Source of the DNA: Candidatus Spongiihabitans sp.
GTDB taxonomy: Bacteria > Pseudomonadota > Gammaproteobacteria > Arenicellales > Poriferihabitantaceae
Assembly: GCA_965261425.1 (NCBI GenBank)
Contig: OZ253452.1
Coordinates: 2,275,892 to 2,339,891, forward strand
Direction of reading: 5' to 3'
DNA length: 64,000 nt
Made by a program: the position numbers and the translations under genes. Position 1 is the first letter of the stretch. Each line of letters starts with the position of its first letter. The notes under the pieces are model-generated. The model saw only the letters and a list, made by a program, of their open reading frames with translations, had not been told where the DNA came from and did not search any database. This document shows, in pieces, positions 40,299 through 49,393 of the stretch.

Positions 40299-41438
40299 AT
40301 GTCAAAGTCAGACTCCAAATCATCCGCTAAATCACCAGATACCGCTTCATCTTCGCCCCCGCGTGTTGCTAAACTCGGGGAACTGTTTAAGCGCAAACGA
40401 CGAAAAAATGAATGGAGAAAAGAGGATGTGGCTAAAACATTGCTGCTATCCGTGGAACAGATTGAGGCATTGGAAAATGATGAATATGATAAATTACCGG
40501 GAATCACCTACGTTGTTGGATATTGGCACAGCTATGCGAAATTGCTGAATATTGATATTTCAGAATCTATCGAATTTTACAAAAGCAATCTGGTAGCATC
40601 GCCTTTGGTCATTACCTTAGAAGCGAATCATCGTCGCGCCCATGGTCATCAGGAAAAATCCAGAAAACGCGCCGGGTTGGTTTTCATTATCTTGTCGGTG
40701 ATATTTTTGATCGGAATGTGGTATTGGCAAAATCCAGGTGATAACCCGCTGAATCAGTGGTTTGGTAATCATGTGAATCGTCATGCGGGGCCATTACCAA
40801 AAACGGGTATCGACGATGGCAATCAAGCTATCAACGGAGAGGGAATTTCAGTATCAGTTCCGGAATCGGAGCAGCCTTCTTTCGATGTATTACCCGAACC
40901 GAATTTCTTTGACGACCTAGCTGATACTGATACTGATATTGAAGAAAAATCGATTTCAGGGACGGCGGCCTCGGTGCAACAGTGGCAACAAGCAGCGCAA
41001 CAAATACCGATTGCGCCCAAGCAAGAAAACGAAAGCCACCAACCATTGAATGAACCTATAACCGAATCTGTGGTTGAAACACCTTTAACCGAACCTATAA
41101 CCGAATCTGTGGTTGAAACACCTTTAACCGAACCTATAACCGAATCTGTGGTTGAAACGCCTGCGAAGGGTTCTCCAAACTGGCTTTTTCTTAATGTAGA
41201 AAAGAAAAGTTGGATTGATGTGCGCGATGTTGTCGGTGAAAAACTGATTTATCGTATTGCCAATGAGGGGGAATCAATCGCATTGAAAGGGAGTCCGCCA
41301 TTTTATGTGTTTATCGAGTCGGTTGACGGTGTGCAGATTAAATATCTGGGCAAGGCGTTTCCTTTTGAAGCCGATGAAGATAGCATTTATGCGCGTTTTA
41401 GAGTGGGTCAGTTGGAAGGGGAAGCCAATGACCGCTAA
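40299..41438 (+). CDS. rodZ: Cytoskeleton protein RodZ (HTH + TM + DUF4115)
   Basis: It has an HTH region (LGELFKRKRRKNEWRKEDVAKTLLLSVEQIEALEND), a TM segment and a C-terminal DUF4115-like domain. It contains 39-bp x ~3 tandem repeats (41052-41164) encoding PLTEPITESVVET. Confidence 0.8.
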   Translation: MSKSDSKSSAKSPDTASSSPPRVAKLGELFKRKRRKNEWRKEDVAKTLLLSVEQIEALENDEYDKLPGITYVVGYWHSYAKLLNIDISESIEFYKSNLVASPLVITLEANHRRAHGHQEKSRKRAGLVFIILSVIFLIGMWYWQNPGDNPLNQWFGNHVNRHAGPLPKTGIDDGNQAINGEGISVSVPESEQPSFDVLPEPNFFDDLADTDTDIEEKSISGTAASVQQWQQAAQQIPIAPKQENESHQPLNEPITESVVETPLTEPITESVVETPLTEPITESVVETPAKGSPNWLFLNVEKKSWIDVRDVVGEKLIYRIANEGESIALKGSPPFYVFIESVDGVQIKYLGKAFPFEADEDSIYARFRVGQLEGEANDR

Positions 41439-42714
41439 AATTCAAGCAGTTCGTGGTATGAATGATTTGTTACCCGAGCAGATTGAGATATGGCACCATG
41501 TGGAGTCGGTGTTACGCGAGATTGGATGGCAATATGGGTATCAGGAAATTCGCACCCCGATGTTGGAAAAAACCGCATTGTTCAAGCAATCTATTGGCGA
41601 CCAGACCGACATCGTTGAAAAAGAAATGTACAGCTTCACCGCTAGCGCAGAAGAAAGTCTTTCGTTGCGACCGGAGGCAACTGCGAGTACGGTACGCGCT
41701 GGCATCCAGCATGGCATCTTGCACAATCAGCAGCAGCGCATTTGGTATATGGGACCGATGTTTCGGCGCGAGCGTCCGCAAAAAGGACGCTATCGGCAAT
41801 TTCATCAATTTGGTATTGAGGCGTTTGGCTGGACTGGACCGGATATTGATGTCGAAGTGATTTGTGTTGCGGCGCGTATCTGGAAAAAATTAAAGGCTGA
41901 AGGTCTCACGCTACAAATCAATACGCTTGGTTCAAGTCAATCACGCCAAGCCTATCGCCTCGCGTTGCAAAATTTTTTACGCGATCATATCCAACAGTTA
42001 GATGAGGATAGTGTACGCAGATTGGAGGACAATCCGTTGCGTATTCTGGATAGCAAGGTGTCGGAAACGCAACAGATTTTAATCAATGCACCGCATATCC
42101 TTGAATATCTGCAACCCGCAGAAAGAAAGCATTTTGACGGATTATGTGAAATGCTGGAAGATTCGGCAATCGCTTATACCGTCAACTCAAAGCTGGTGCG
42201 CGGACTGGACTATTATACCAGCACGGTTTTTGAGTGGACGACCGAGCAGCTTGGCGCGCAAAACGCAGTGTGTGCGGGCGGTAGATATGATTCTCTGGTG
42301 GCGCATCGTGGCGGTCAGCCCACTCCGGCGATTGGTTTTGCGATGGGAATGGAACGGTTAATCGAACTGGTTGCGAAGCAGAATGCGACTCGACCAGATA
42401 AACACCGTCAACGAAACGTCATATACTGCATTGATGTGACGGCATCGGCAGATAGCGCCATCATTTCGGAACGGCTACGGGATAACGGTTATCGGGTGAT
42501 TCATCACTGCGGCGGCGGCAAGTTGAAATCTCAGCTAAAACGCGCCGATCAATCGGTGGCTGAAATTGCGTTTATTATCGGTCATCAAGAGCGGCAGACC
42601 GAGCAACTGACAGAGGTTGTTTTAGTGAAGCATTTGCGTGACAATATTGACCAACAAGAAATTCCTGTGGAAGATTTAGTTGGCTGGTGTAACAACAATT
42701 TGAGTAAACATTAA
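41428..42714 (+). CDS. hisS: Histidine--tRNA ligase
   Basis: The start is taken at MTAKIQAVRGMNDLLPEQ (ATG 41428, overlapping the rodZ end). Class II motifs are present. The listed ORF start at 41305 lies inside rodZ. Confidence 0.93.
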   Translation: MTAKIQAVRGMNDLLPEQIEIWHHVESVLREIGWQYGYQEIRTPMLEKTALFKQSIGDQTDIVEKEMYSFTASAEESLSLRPEATASTVRAGIQHGILHNQQQRIWYMGPMFRRERPQKGRYRQFHQFGIEAFGWTGPDIDVEVICVAARIWKKLKAEGLTLQINTLGSSQSRQAYRLALQNFLRDHIQQLDEDSVRRLEDNPLRILDSKVSETQQILINAPHILEYLQPAERKHFDGLCEMLEDSAIAYTVNSKLVRGLDYYTSTVFEWTTEQLGAQNAVCAGGRYDSLVAHRGGQPTPAIGFAMGMERLIELVAKQNATRPDKHRQRNVIYCIDVTASADSAIISERLRDNGYRVIHHCGGGKLKSQLKRADQSVAEIAFIIGHQERQTEQLTEVVLVKHLRDNIDQQEIPVEDLVGWCNNNLSKH

Positions 42715-42723
42715 GAGAGTGTA

Positions 42724-43422
42724 ATGGCAGAAGAACAATTACCACCATTCATCGAAGACGATGAATCCGCTCGCGCAAGAGCATTCTGGAAGGCACATGG
42801 CAAGCCCATCATAGCGGGCGTTATTATTGGGTTGGGAGGAATCGTTGGTTTCAATTACTGGAAAAGTTCAGAGCAAGCCGAAGGAGAAAATGCCTCGTTT
42901 TTATTTGAGCGACTGCGCTCGGGGCAAGAGGGCATTGACATGAGTTTGCTGACCACCGAGTTAAAGAAAGAATACGCATCCACATCGTATGTGGAATTAG
43001 CCACCTTTGCGCTGGCAAGACAATTTGTCGAAAAGAATAATCTCGAATCGGCAGCACAGGAGCTTGCTTGGGTGGCGGATCATTCAACCGATTCCGGATT
43101 TCGGCATATTGCCCGATTACGGCTGGCATCGGTGTTGCTGGGGCAACAAAAACCCACTCATGCACTGGAAATATTGAGCGTAACGGATGAGGGTAGTTTC
43201 GGATCTCGATATTATGAGTTACTCGGCGATGCCTATCTACAACGAAGCCAAAGCAAACAGAAGCAGGACGGTGACAGCGCGCAAGCAAAAAGCGAATACC
43301 AAAAATGTCTAGAAACTTTGCCACAGGGCGCAGCCCACGCCAAATTGATTCAGTTAAAACTGGATAATGTTGAAAATACGCCCGCGAATACACCCGAAAG
43401 CACACTGGAAACCACCTTATGA
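42724..43422 (+). CDS. yfgM: YfgM-family TPR-like membrane protein (ancillary SecYEG subunit family)
   Basis: The N-terminal pattern ..FWKAHGKPIIAGVIIGLGGIVGFNYWKS.. and the position between hisS and bamB fit the family. Confidence 0.7.
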   Translation: MAEEQLPPFIEDDESARARAFWKAHGKPIIAGVIIGLGGIVGFNYWKSSEQAEGENASFLFERLRSGQEGIDMSLLTTELKKEYASTSYVELATFALARQFVEKNNLESAAQELAWVADHSTDSGFRHIARLRLASVLLGQQKPTHALEILSVTDEGSFGSRYYELLGDAYLQRSQSKQKQDGDSAQAKSEYQKCLETLPQGAAHAKLIQLKLDNVENTPANTPESTLETTL

Positions 43423-44588
43423 ACAAATATTGGTTGTTGGCGATTGTTGCCCTCATTGCTTTGCCACTGCTGTCGGGTTGTAAGAGCAAACAAGAAAAGG
43501 AATCCCTTTGGGGGATTTATCAGGAACCGATTCAGTCGCAAACCTTGCCACAAGACAGTGGCACAGATGAGTTAAAAATCTTGTGGGACAAAAATATTGG
43601 TAGCGGCGCGAGCGTAGGCTTCGCGCTATTGAGACCGGTTTACTACAAGGGCAGGATATACGTTGCCAATCGCGTTGGAACCGTGTTTAGTTTTGATTCA
43701 AAAACGGGCAGTACGGAATGGCAGCAAGCACTCAAGATGCCGATTTTTTCTGCCATTGGAGTGAATGATAATTTTGCCGTTGTGAGCCATGATAACGGCA
43801 ATGTGACAGCGTTAAATGCAAGCGATGGTTCGGTCGTCTGGCAGACTGCCCTCAAGCGTCAAATTTCAGCCATTCCAGTTATCGGCAAAGAACGGGTTCT
43901 TATTCGCACCGCAGATGGTTTGCTCATCGGTCTTGATATGCGTCAGGGCAACACCGTCTGGCAAGTCAAAAATGCAACGCCGGGATTGAGTGTGCATGGC
44001 GATTCCATACCGGTCATCACTGGCGAAGCGGTTTTGACCGGCTTATCGAGCGGTAAGTTGATCGCCAATAGCGTCATCACTGGCAGGGATTACTGGGATG
44101 TCGAAATTTCCTTCGTTCGCGGTCACAATGAGCTGGAAAGACTGACCGATTCGGATACGGTTCCCATTGTTCGCGGCGCAACGGTCTATACAGCCACTTA
44201 TCAGGGCAGTGTCATCGCATTGCAATTACAAGACGCTACGGTCAAGTGGCGTGCAAAAATATCGACTCGATTGCCGATGGCGTTGGCACAAAAACGTCTT
44301 TTCGTTATCGGTGAATTAGGGGAAGTCATTGCTTTGAACGCCGATGACGGCAGTATCATTTGGCAACAGCAGGCATTTCGCGGACACGGAATCAGTCAGC
44401 CGGTGGTGCTGAATAACCGTGTGGTAATCGGTGATTCAAGTGGCAGAGTGCATACCCTGGATATTGAAACTGGAATACTTATAGAAAGCAAGAAAGTGGT
44501 GTCTGGCGCGGTGGTTGGTATCATCACCGAAAATTCACAATTCGCCGTATTCTCATCCGCCGGCAATATCTCTGTATTAACCCTGTAA
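43419..44588 (+). CDS. bamB: Outer-membrane protein assembly factor BamB (PQQ-like beta-propeller lipoprotein)
   Basis: It has a lipobox (LLSGC), repeated ..DG.V.W.. propeller blades, and conserved synteny. Confidence 0.88.
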   Translation: MNKYWLLAIVALIALPLLSGCKSKQEKESLWGIYQEPIQSQTLPQDSGTDELKILWDKNIGSGASVGFALLRPVYYKGRIYVANRVGTVFSFDSKTGSTEWQQALKMPIFSAIGVNDNFAVVSHDNGNVTALNASDGSVVWQTALKRQISAIPVIGKERVLIRTADGLLIGLDMRQGNTVWQVKNATPGLSVHGDSIPVITGEAVLTGLSSGKLIANSVITGRDYWDVEISFVRGHNELERLTDSDTVPIVRGATVYTATYQGSVIALQLQDATVKWRAKISTRLPMALAQKRLFVIGELGEVIALNADDGSIIWQQQAFRGHGISQPVVLNNRVVIGDSSGRVHTLDIETGILIESKKVVSGAVVGIITENSQFAVFSSAGNISVLTL

Positions 44589-44629
44589 CTGGTGTAAATA
44601 GGGCGATAAGTAACCGCTCTGTAATCTTT

Positions 44630-46000
44630 ATGATGCTTCCTGTACTCGCCTTGATTGGTCGTCCGAATGTCGGAAAATCCACTTTATTTAATAAACTAAC
44701 ACGCTCCAGAGATGCGTTGGTTGATGACTCCCCTGGGGTGACTCGAGACCGATTATATGGGCGCGGTCGAGTCGGCAATAAACCATACCTGGTTGTTGAT
44801 ACGGGCGGGATAGAGGGCGAGGAGGGGGATTTTACCGCGCTGGTAAAACAGCAAGTGGAACAGGTCATAGAAGAAGCGCAAGTGGTTTTGTTTCTGGTTG
44901 ATGCGAGTGACGGCATGGTTTCTCGGGACAAGGAAATTGCCATGCAGTTGCGGCAAAGTGGCAGACAGGTTTATCTGTTGGTCAACAAGTCTGAAGGGAT
45001 TGCCCCGGCGCTGGCAGCTGCAGAATTCCAGGAGCTGGGATTAGGCAGTCCGATTGCGGTCTCGGCAAAGCGCGGGGACGGCATCGCTGGGTTTATGAGC
45101 GAGCTCATGAAGTCGTATTCAGAGATAGACGCGGAAGATGACACGGATGTGCCTAAAATTGCCATTGTCGGGAGACCGAATGTCGGCAAATCAACCCTGA
45201 CCAATAAACTGGTGGGCGCGCATCGGGTCATTGTCAGCGATATACCCGGAACCACCCGGGACAGCGTCCATATTCCGCTTGTGATTGAGCAGGATGAGTA
45301 CATCTTGATTGATACTGCCGGAGTAAGAAAAAAATCCAAAGTCGATGAGGTGATTGAAAAGTTTTCGGTCATAAAAACACTGCAAGCGATTGAGACCTGC
45401 CATGTTGTATTGCTGGTTGTTGATGGCGCAAGCGAAATCGGCGCGCAGGATGCGACCATCGCCGGAATGGTGCGTGATTTTGGTCGCTCTATTGTTGTGG
45501 TGGTCAACAAATGGGATGGCTTGGGGGAGCGACAAAGAAATAAAATCAAGCAACAACTAAAAAATAAATTTGCCTTTCTGTCCTACCCGGAAATAATTTG
45601 CATCTCCGCCCTGCATGGTTCAAATATAGCGGAAGTGATGCCGGCTGCACGCCGTGCCTATGATTCGGCGATGATTCGCATAGCCACTTCCAGTTTGAAT
45701 CGAACCCTTGAAAACGCCCTGACTAAAACCCCACCACCGATGCACAACCAGCGACCGGTACGGCTAAAATTCGCTCACCAAGCCGCAAAAAACCCGCCGG
45801 TAATCGTTATCCACGGCAATCAGGTAAACACCATACCCGATTCGTATCGGAAGTATTTATCCAGATACTTTGCTAAGGCTTATAACCTGACCGGCACACC
45901 AGTACAGATTATCCCCCGCGTTGCTGAAAACCCATTCAAGCTACGCAACCCAGCAAATACCGTGTTTAAGAAACGCACTGGAAGAAAACGAAAACTTTAA
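44630..46000 (+). CDS. der: Ribosome-biogenesis GTPase Der (EngA)
   Basis: It has two GTPase domains (GRPNVGKSTLFN and GRPNVGKSTLTN) plus a KH-like C-terminus. Confidence 0.95.
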   Translation: MMLPVLALIGRPNVGKSTLFNKLTRSRDALVDDSPGVTRDRLYGRGRVGNKPYLVVDTGGIEGEEGDFTALVKQQVEQVIEEAQVVLFLVDASDGMVSRDKEIAMQLRQSGRQVYLLVNKSEGIAPALAAAEFQELGLGSPIAVSAKRGDGIAGFMSELMKSYSEIDAEDDTDVPKIAIVGRPNVGKSTLTNKLVGAHRVIVSDIPGTTRDSVHIPLVIEQDEYILIDTAGVRKKSKVDEVIEKFSVIKTLQAIETCHVVLLVVDGASEIGAQDATIAGMVRDFGRSIVVVVNKWDGLGERQRNKIKQQLKNKFAFLSYPEIICISALHGSNIAEVMPAARRAYDSAMIRIATSSLNRTLENALTKTPPPMHNQRPVRLKFAHQAAKNPPVIVIHGNQVNTIPDSYRKYLSRYFAKAYNLTGTPVQIIPRVAENPFKLRNPANTVFKKRTGRKRKL

Positions 46001-46017
46001 CGACTTTCATAAATCTT

Positions 46018-47116
46018 GAATTCACATAATAAGTGCAACACTCCTAAGTCAGTCAAAGGGTACACTCGTACTCTTTTAACTGAACGGAAAAAAGCGGTGC
46101 GGCGAGCTCACCGAGCCGGAGTAAAACATGACGAGATATACCCATTTGACTGAACACGAAAGAGACCACATTTACCTCATGAATCAGCAGCATTGTACAC
46201 TGACAGAAATCGCTAAAGCCATGGGCAGAAGTTAAGTCAACCATCAGCCGTGAAATTAAACGCAATACCGGGGGCAACGGCTATCGCTACAAACAAGCCC
46301 ACCGCTTTGCCCAAACGAGGCATCAGCAAAAGCCCAAGCACATCAAACTCAATGACGAGTTAAAGCTTCGGCTCGGTGAGCCGTAGCTGGTGGGTCGTTA
46401 TATCGATACTTGCGCCATCAGGGTAAGAAATATCGCAAGCGTTATGGACAGAACGATTACCGCGGACGCATCCCCAATCGGGTTGATATTGCTGATAGAC
46501 CCAGTATAGTGGACAGTCGCTCGCGTATAGGTGATTGGGAAGCTGATTGTGTTATCGGTAAAGGTCGTCAAGGGGTGTTTGCCACCCTTGCTGAACGCAA
46601 AAGTAGGCTCTATCTCGCGCTTCGGACTAAGAACAAAACCGCACCGGTTTTTGCTCCTGCAAAACCGGCATACAGTACATCCCTGTACATAAAAAGAAAC
46701 CAACGCGGCTATACTCAGGTTGTTAGCGCATATGAAACAACATGTAATGACACTAACCTTTGATAACGGCAGAGAATTTTGTTGGCATAGTGAGCAGTTC
46801 GGCGAGCTCACCGACCCGTTGCCAAACAACTCGAGTGTGAAACTTATTTTGCTAAACCGTATCACTCTTGGGAGCGTGGCTTGAATGCCGAATAATCATC
46901 TGGCACAATGGCTTGCTCATACTTTTTGCTCAGGCAGTTTTTTCCAAAGAAGATGCCTTTGCATAAAGTCACCGAAAAAGAGCTGTTCAAAGCGACCGAT
47001 TTAATGAACAACCGACCTAGAAAATGTTTGGGGTATAACCCTTATGGAGGTCTTTTCCCGTGCAATGGGAATAGATCATAATATAAACCCGAGTGTTGCA
47101 CTTATGGGTTGAATTC
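46018..47116 (+). mobile_element. Degraded IS30-family insertion sequence (transposase pseudogene ~46128-47080 with stops and frameshifts)
   Basis: The imperfect 26-bp terminal inverted repeats match at 22/26: GAATTCACATAATAAGTGCAACACTC at 46018, and the complement of GAGTGTTGCACTTATGGGTTGAATTC at 47091. Across frames the fragments read MTRYTHLTEHERDHIYLM, RIGDWEADCVIGKG, TFDNGREF, PYHSWERGLN and LMNNRPRKCLGY. Confidence 0.8.
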
Positions 47117-47143
47117 GCCAATTACGAATTACGGGAGTCGTTT

Positions 47144-47239
47144 GAGACTATGCAAGAACCCAACATCCGTCATTCCCGCGTAGGAGACTGTGCAAAAATC
47201 CAACATTCGTCATTCCTGCGAAGCAGGAATCCAGTCAAA
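47144..47239 (+). repeat. Two tandem left-end fragments of the MITE family
   Basis: The fragments are GAGACTaTGCAAGAAcCCAACATCCGTCATTCCcGCG.. (47144) and GAGACTGTGCAAaAAtCCAACATtCGTCATTCCTGCGAAGCAGGAATCCAG (47184). Confidence 0.75.
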
Positions 47240-47342
47240 TAAATATTCTTATCAAAACCTAGCCGTCATTTTCAATTATCAATTATCAATTTTCAATTGC
47301 CAGAGAGTGGACAAACAAGTGCGTCTGTATTAAAGTCCAAGT

Positions 47343-47648
47343 ATGGCTTCTAATGCTCTCGCCTTTGATACACATAGTTTCGTCAAACGTATGACTGCGG
47401 TCGGTATGCCTGTGCAATAAGCCGAAGCACTTGCCGAATCTCAAGCTGACCTACTCAACGCCAACCTCGCCACCAAAACCGAATTAGCCAACACCGAAGC
47501 CACACTTAAAGCGGATATTGCCAACACCGAGTCCGTACTTAGAGCAGAAATTGCCAACACCGAAGCACACCTAATCAAGTGGATGGTTGGCTTAACAATG
47601 GGTGGCGTAGGAGTAATGGTTGCACTGTTCAGCTTTTTCCTCCGCTAA
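47343..47648 (+). pseudogene. Short DUF1640-like coiled-coil/TM-anchor gene with premature stop at codon 26
   Basis: It is collinear with 47811-48464. It has TAA at 47418-47420, where the paralogue has CAA. The rest of the frame stays open to 47648. Confidence 0.7.
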
Positions 47649-47810
47649 CAAATAATCATCAAATAATCATGGGCACACAATCATTTTTCGTCCATGATAC
47701 AGGGTGATTCTGACTCGGTGGGTGTTGCTCAATTAGAATGTTATTTAGCATGGTTAATTTTCAATTGCCAGAGAGTGGACAAACAACAGCGTCTGTATTA
47801 AAGTCCAAGT

Positions 47811-48464
47811 ATGGCTTCTAATGCTCTCGCCTTTGATACACACCATTTCGTCAAACTTATGACGGCAGTCGGTATGCCTGTACAACAAGCGGAAGCACTT
47901 GCCGAATCTCAAGCTGACCTACTCAACGCCAACCTCGCCACCAAAAACGAATTAGCCAACACCGAGGCCACACTTAAAGCAGAAATTGCCAAAACTAACG
48001 CAGAAATTGTCAACACCGAGGCCGCACTCAAAGCGGATATTGCCAACACCGAGTCCGTACTTAGAGCAGAAATTGCCAAAACTAACGCAGAAATTGTCAA
48101 CACCGAGGCCGCACTCAAAGCGGATATTGCCAACACCGAGTCCGTACTTAGAGCAGAAATTGCCAAAATCGAGGCCGCACTTAAAGTAGAAATTGCCAAC
48201 ACCGAGTCCGTACTTAGAGCAGAAATTGCCAAAACTAACGCAGAAATTGTCAACACCGAGGCAGCACTTAAAGTAGAAATTGCTAACACCGAGTCCACTC
48301 TTAGAGCAGACATTGCCAAAATCGAGTCCGCATTTAAAGTTGAAATTGCCAACACTAACGCAAAAATTGCCAACACCGAAGCACACCTAATCAAGTGGAT
48401 GGTTGGCTTAACAATGGGTAGCGTAGGAGTAATGGTTGCACTGTTCAGCTTTTTCCTCCTCTAA
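47811..48464 (+). CDS. DUF1640-like protein with an expanded coiled-coil repeat region and a C-terminal TM anchor
   Basis: The N-terminus FDTHHFVKLMTAVGMPVQQAEALAES...LATKNEL and the C-terminus HLIKWMVGLTMGSVGVMVALFSFFLL fit the bacterial DUF1640/CCDC90-like pattern. The central region consists of ANTExxLKAEI-type repeats. Confidence 0.65.
   Translation: MASNALAFDTHHFVKLMTAVGMPVQQAEALAESQADLLNANLATKNELANTEATLKAEIAKTNAEIVNTEAALKADIANTESVLRAEIAKTNAEIVNTEAALKADIANTESVLRAEIAKIEAALKVEIANTESVLRAEIAKTNAEIVNTEAALKVEIANTESTLRADIAKIESAFKVEIANTNAKIANTEAHLIKWMVGLTMGSVGVMVALFSFFLL
47955..48380 (+). repeat. Intragenic tandem repeats: 33-bp (11-aa) units with 24+30-bp variants, including a perfect 87-bp tandem duplication (47988-48074 = 48075-48161)
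   Basis: Read directly from the sequence. The short paralogue has only about three units. Confidence 0.9.
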
Positions 48465-48571
48465 CAAATAATCATCAAATAATCATGGGCACACAATCAT
48501 TTTTCGTCCATGATACAGGGTGATTCTGACTCGGTGGGTGTTGCTCAATTAGAATGCTATTTAGCATGGTT

Positions 48572-48641
48572 AATTGAAAATTGAGAATTGAGAATTGAAA
48601 ATTGAGAATTGAAAATTGGGAATTGAGAATTGACAATTGAG
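48572..48641 (+). repeat. Heptanucleotide tandem array, ~10 x AATTGAR
   Basis: The array reads aattgaa aattgag aattgag aattgaa aattgag aattgaa aattggg aattgag aattgac aattgag. Related arrays lie at 47270-47298 and 48716-48740 (opposite orientation). Heptamer doublets lie at 5286-5299, 12501-12521 and 47120-47133. Confidence 0.9.
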
Positions 48642-48653
48642 AAGCAACCTAGT

Positions 48654-48711
48654 CCGTCATTCCTGCGAAAGCAGGAACCCAGTAAAACAGCCAAACCCGC
48701 AAGGGTTTTCC
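48654..48711 (+). repeat. Internal fragment of the MITE family
   Basis: CCGTCATTCCTGCGAAAGCAGGAAcCCAGTAAAACAGCCAAACCCGCAAGGGTTTTCC is nearly identical to 59209-59266. Confidence 0.8.
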
Positions 48712-48747
48712 GGTTTCATTTTCAATTTTCAATTTTCCATTAACAAG

Positions 48748-48782
48748 AAGTCAAAAGGGGGCATTACTGCTTTGGGCTAACA
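48748..48782 (+). repeat. Junction repeat copy 3
   Basis: AAGTCAAAAGGGGgCATTACTGCTTTGGGCTAACA has one mismatch to 18421-18455. It lies 125 nt upstream of the aor operon. Confidence 0.85.
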
Positions 48783-48906
48783 AAAATCTGTGTGCGCTTG
48801 AATGTAAGCAAATAAAGTGGTAGTGTCGGTCAAAATAAATACGCTCAATGAGCTTGTTTCGATTTGTTGAGTCGCCTAGCAATCATCAATCTTGGAGAAT
48901 TAGGTT

Positions 48907-49383
48907 ATGCATCGATCACTTTATATTGACCCCGAAAAATGTACTGGCTGTTTGCAATGCGAAATGGCTTGTTCCTACGAAAACGAGGGCGTATTTAACC
49001 CAGCGAAATCGCGCATCAAGGTTTTTAACTTCCACGATGAAGGGCGGTTCGTGCCTTATACCTGTACCCAGTGTGATGAAGCATGGTGTTTACATGCCTG
49101 TCCGGTTGAAGCAATTACCATGAACAAGGAAACTGGGGCGATGGAGGTTGCCGATTCGGTTTGTGTTGGCTGTAAGGTTTGCACCATCGCCTGTCCATTT
49201 GGGACGGTCAATTACAATCAAGATACTGGCAAAGTAATCAAATGCGATTTATGTGGTGGCGACCCGCAATGCGTCGCTGCTTGTCCCACTGATGCGATTA
49301 CCTACGTGGATGCCGATGCAACCGGGCTCGAAAAAATGCGCTCATGGGCTGCAAAAACCGATAACTCAGCGTCAGCAATCTAG
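48907..49383 (+). CDS. aorA: Poly-ferredoxin-like electron-transfer subunit (four CxxCxxCxxxC(P) motifs), AorA-type
   Basis: The motifs are CTGCLQCEMAC, CTQCDEAWCLHACP, CVGCKVCTIACP and CDLCGGDPQCVAACP. It is named by analogy to the AorABC enzyme of Aromatoleum aromaticum. Confidence 0.7.
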   Translation: MHRSLYIDPEKCTGCLQCEMACSYENEGVFNPAKSRIKVFNFHDEGRFVPYTCTQCDEAWCLHACPVEAITMNKETGAMEVADSVCVGCKVCTIACPFGTVNYNQDTGKVIKCDLCGGDPQCVAACPTDAITYVDADATGLEKMRSWAAKTDNSASAI

Positions 49384-49393
49384 GAGGTTTATT

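Noticed and set aside
41428-41438. Absence of ispG between rodZ and hisS
   Set aside because: rodZ and hisS overlap by 11 nt with no scar or repeat, so this is ordinary gene-order variation rather than a deletion signature.
47909-48394. Minus-strand ORFs of 161 aa and 144 aa (also + ORF 47986-48189) overlapping the DUF1640-like gene
   Set aside because: They lie entirely within the 33/87-bp tandem repeats, and their repetitive low-complexity translations are a by-product of stop-free repeats. The plus-strand frame has recognisable N- and C-terminal family features.
48572-48641. CRISPR array
   Set aside because: The unit is only 7 bp with no spacers. No cas genes or longer direct repeats occur anywhere in the window.
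48783-48906. Moco/Tuco riboswitch upstream of the aor operon (also 54614-54685 upstream of moaA)
   Set aside because: I could not recognise the conserved Moco-motif blocks, and the moaA leader is too short. This is worth a cmsearch with RF01055 but is not supported by eye.
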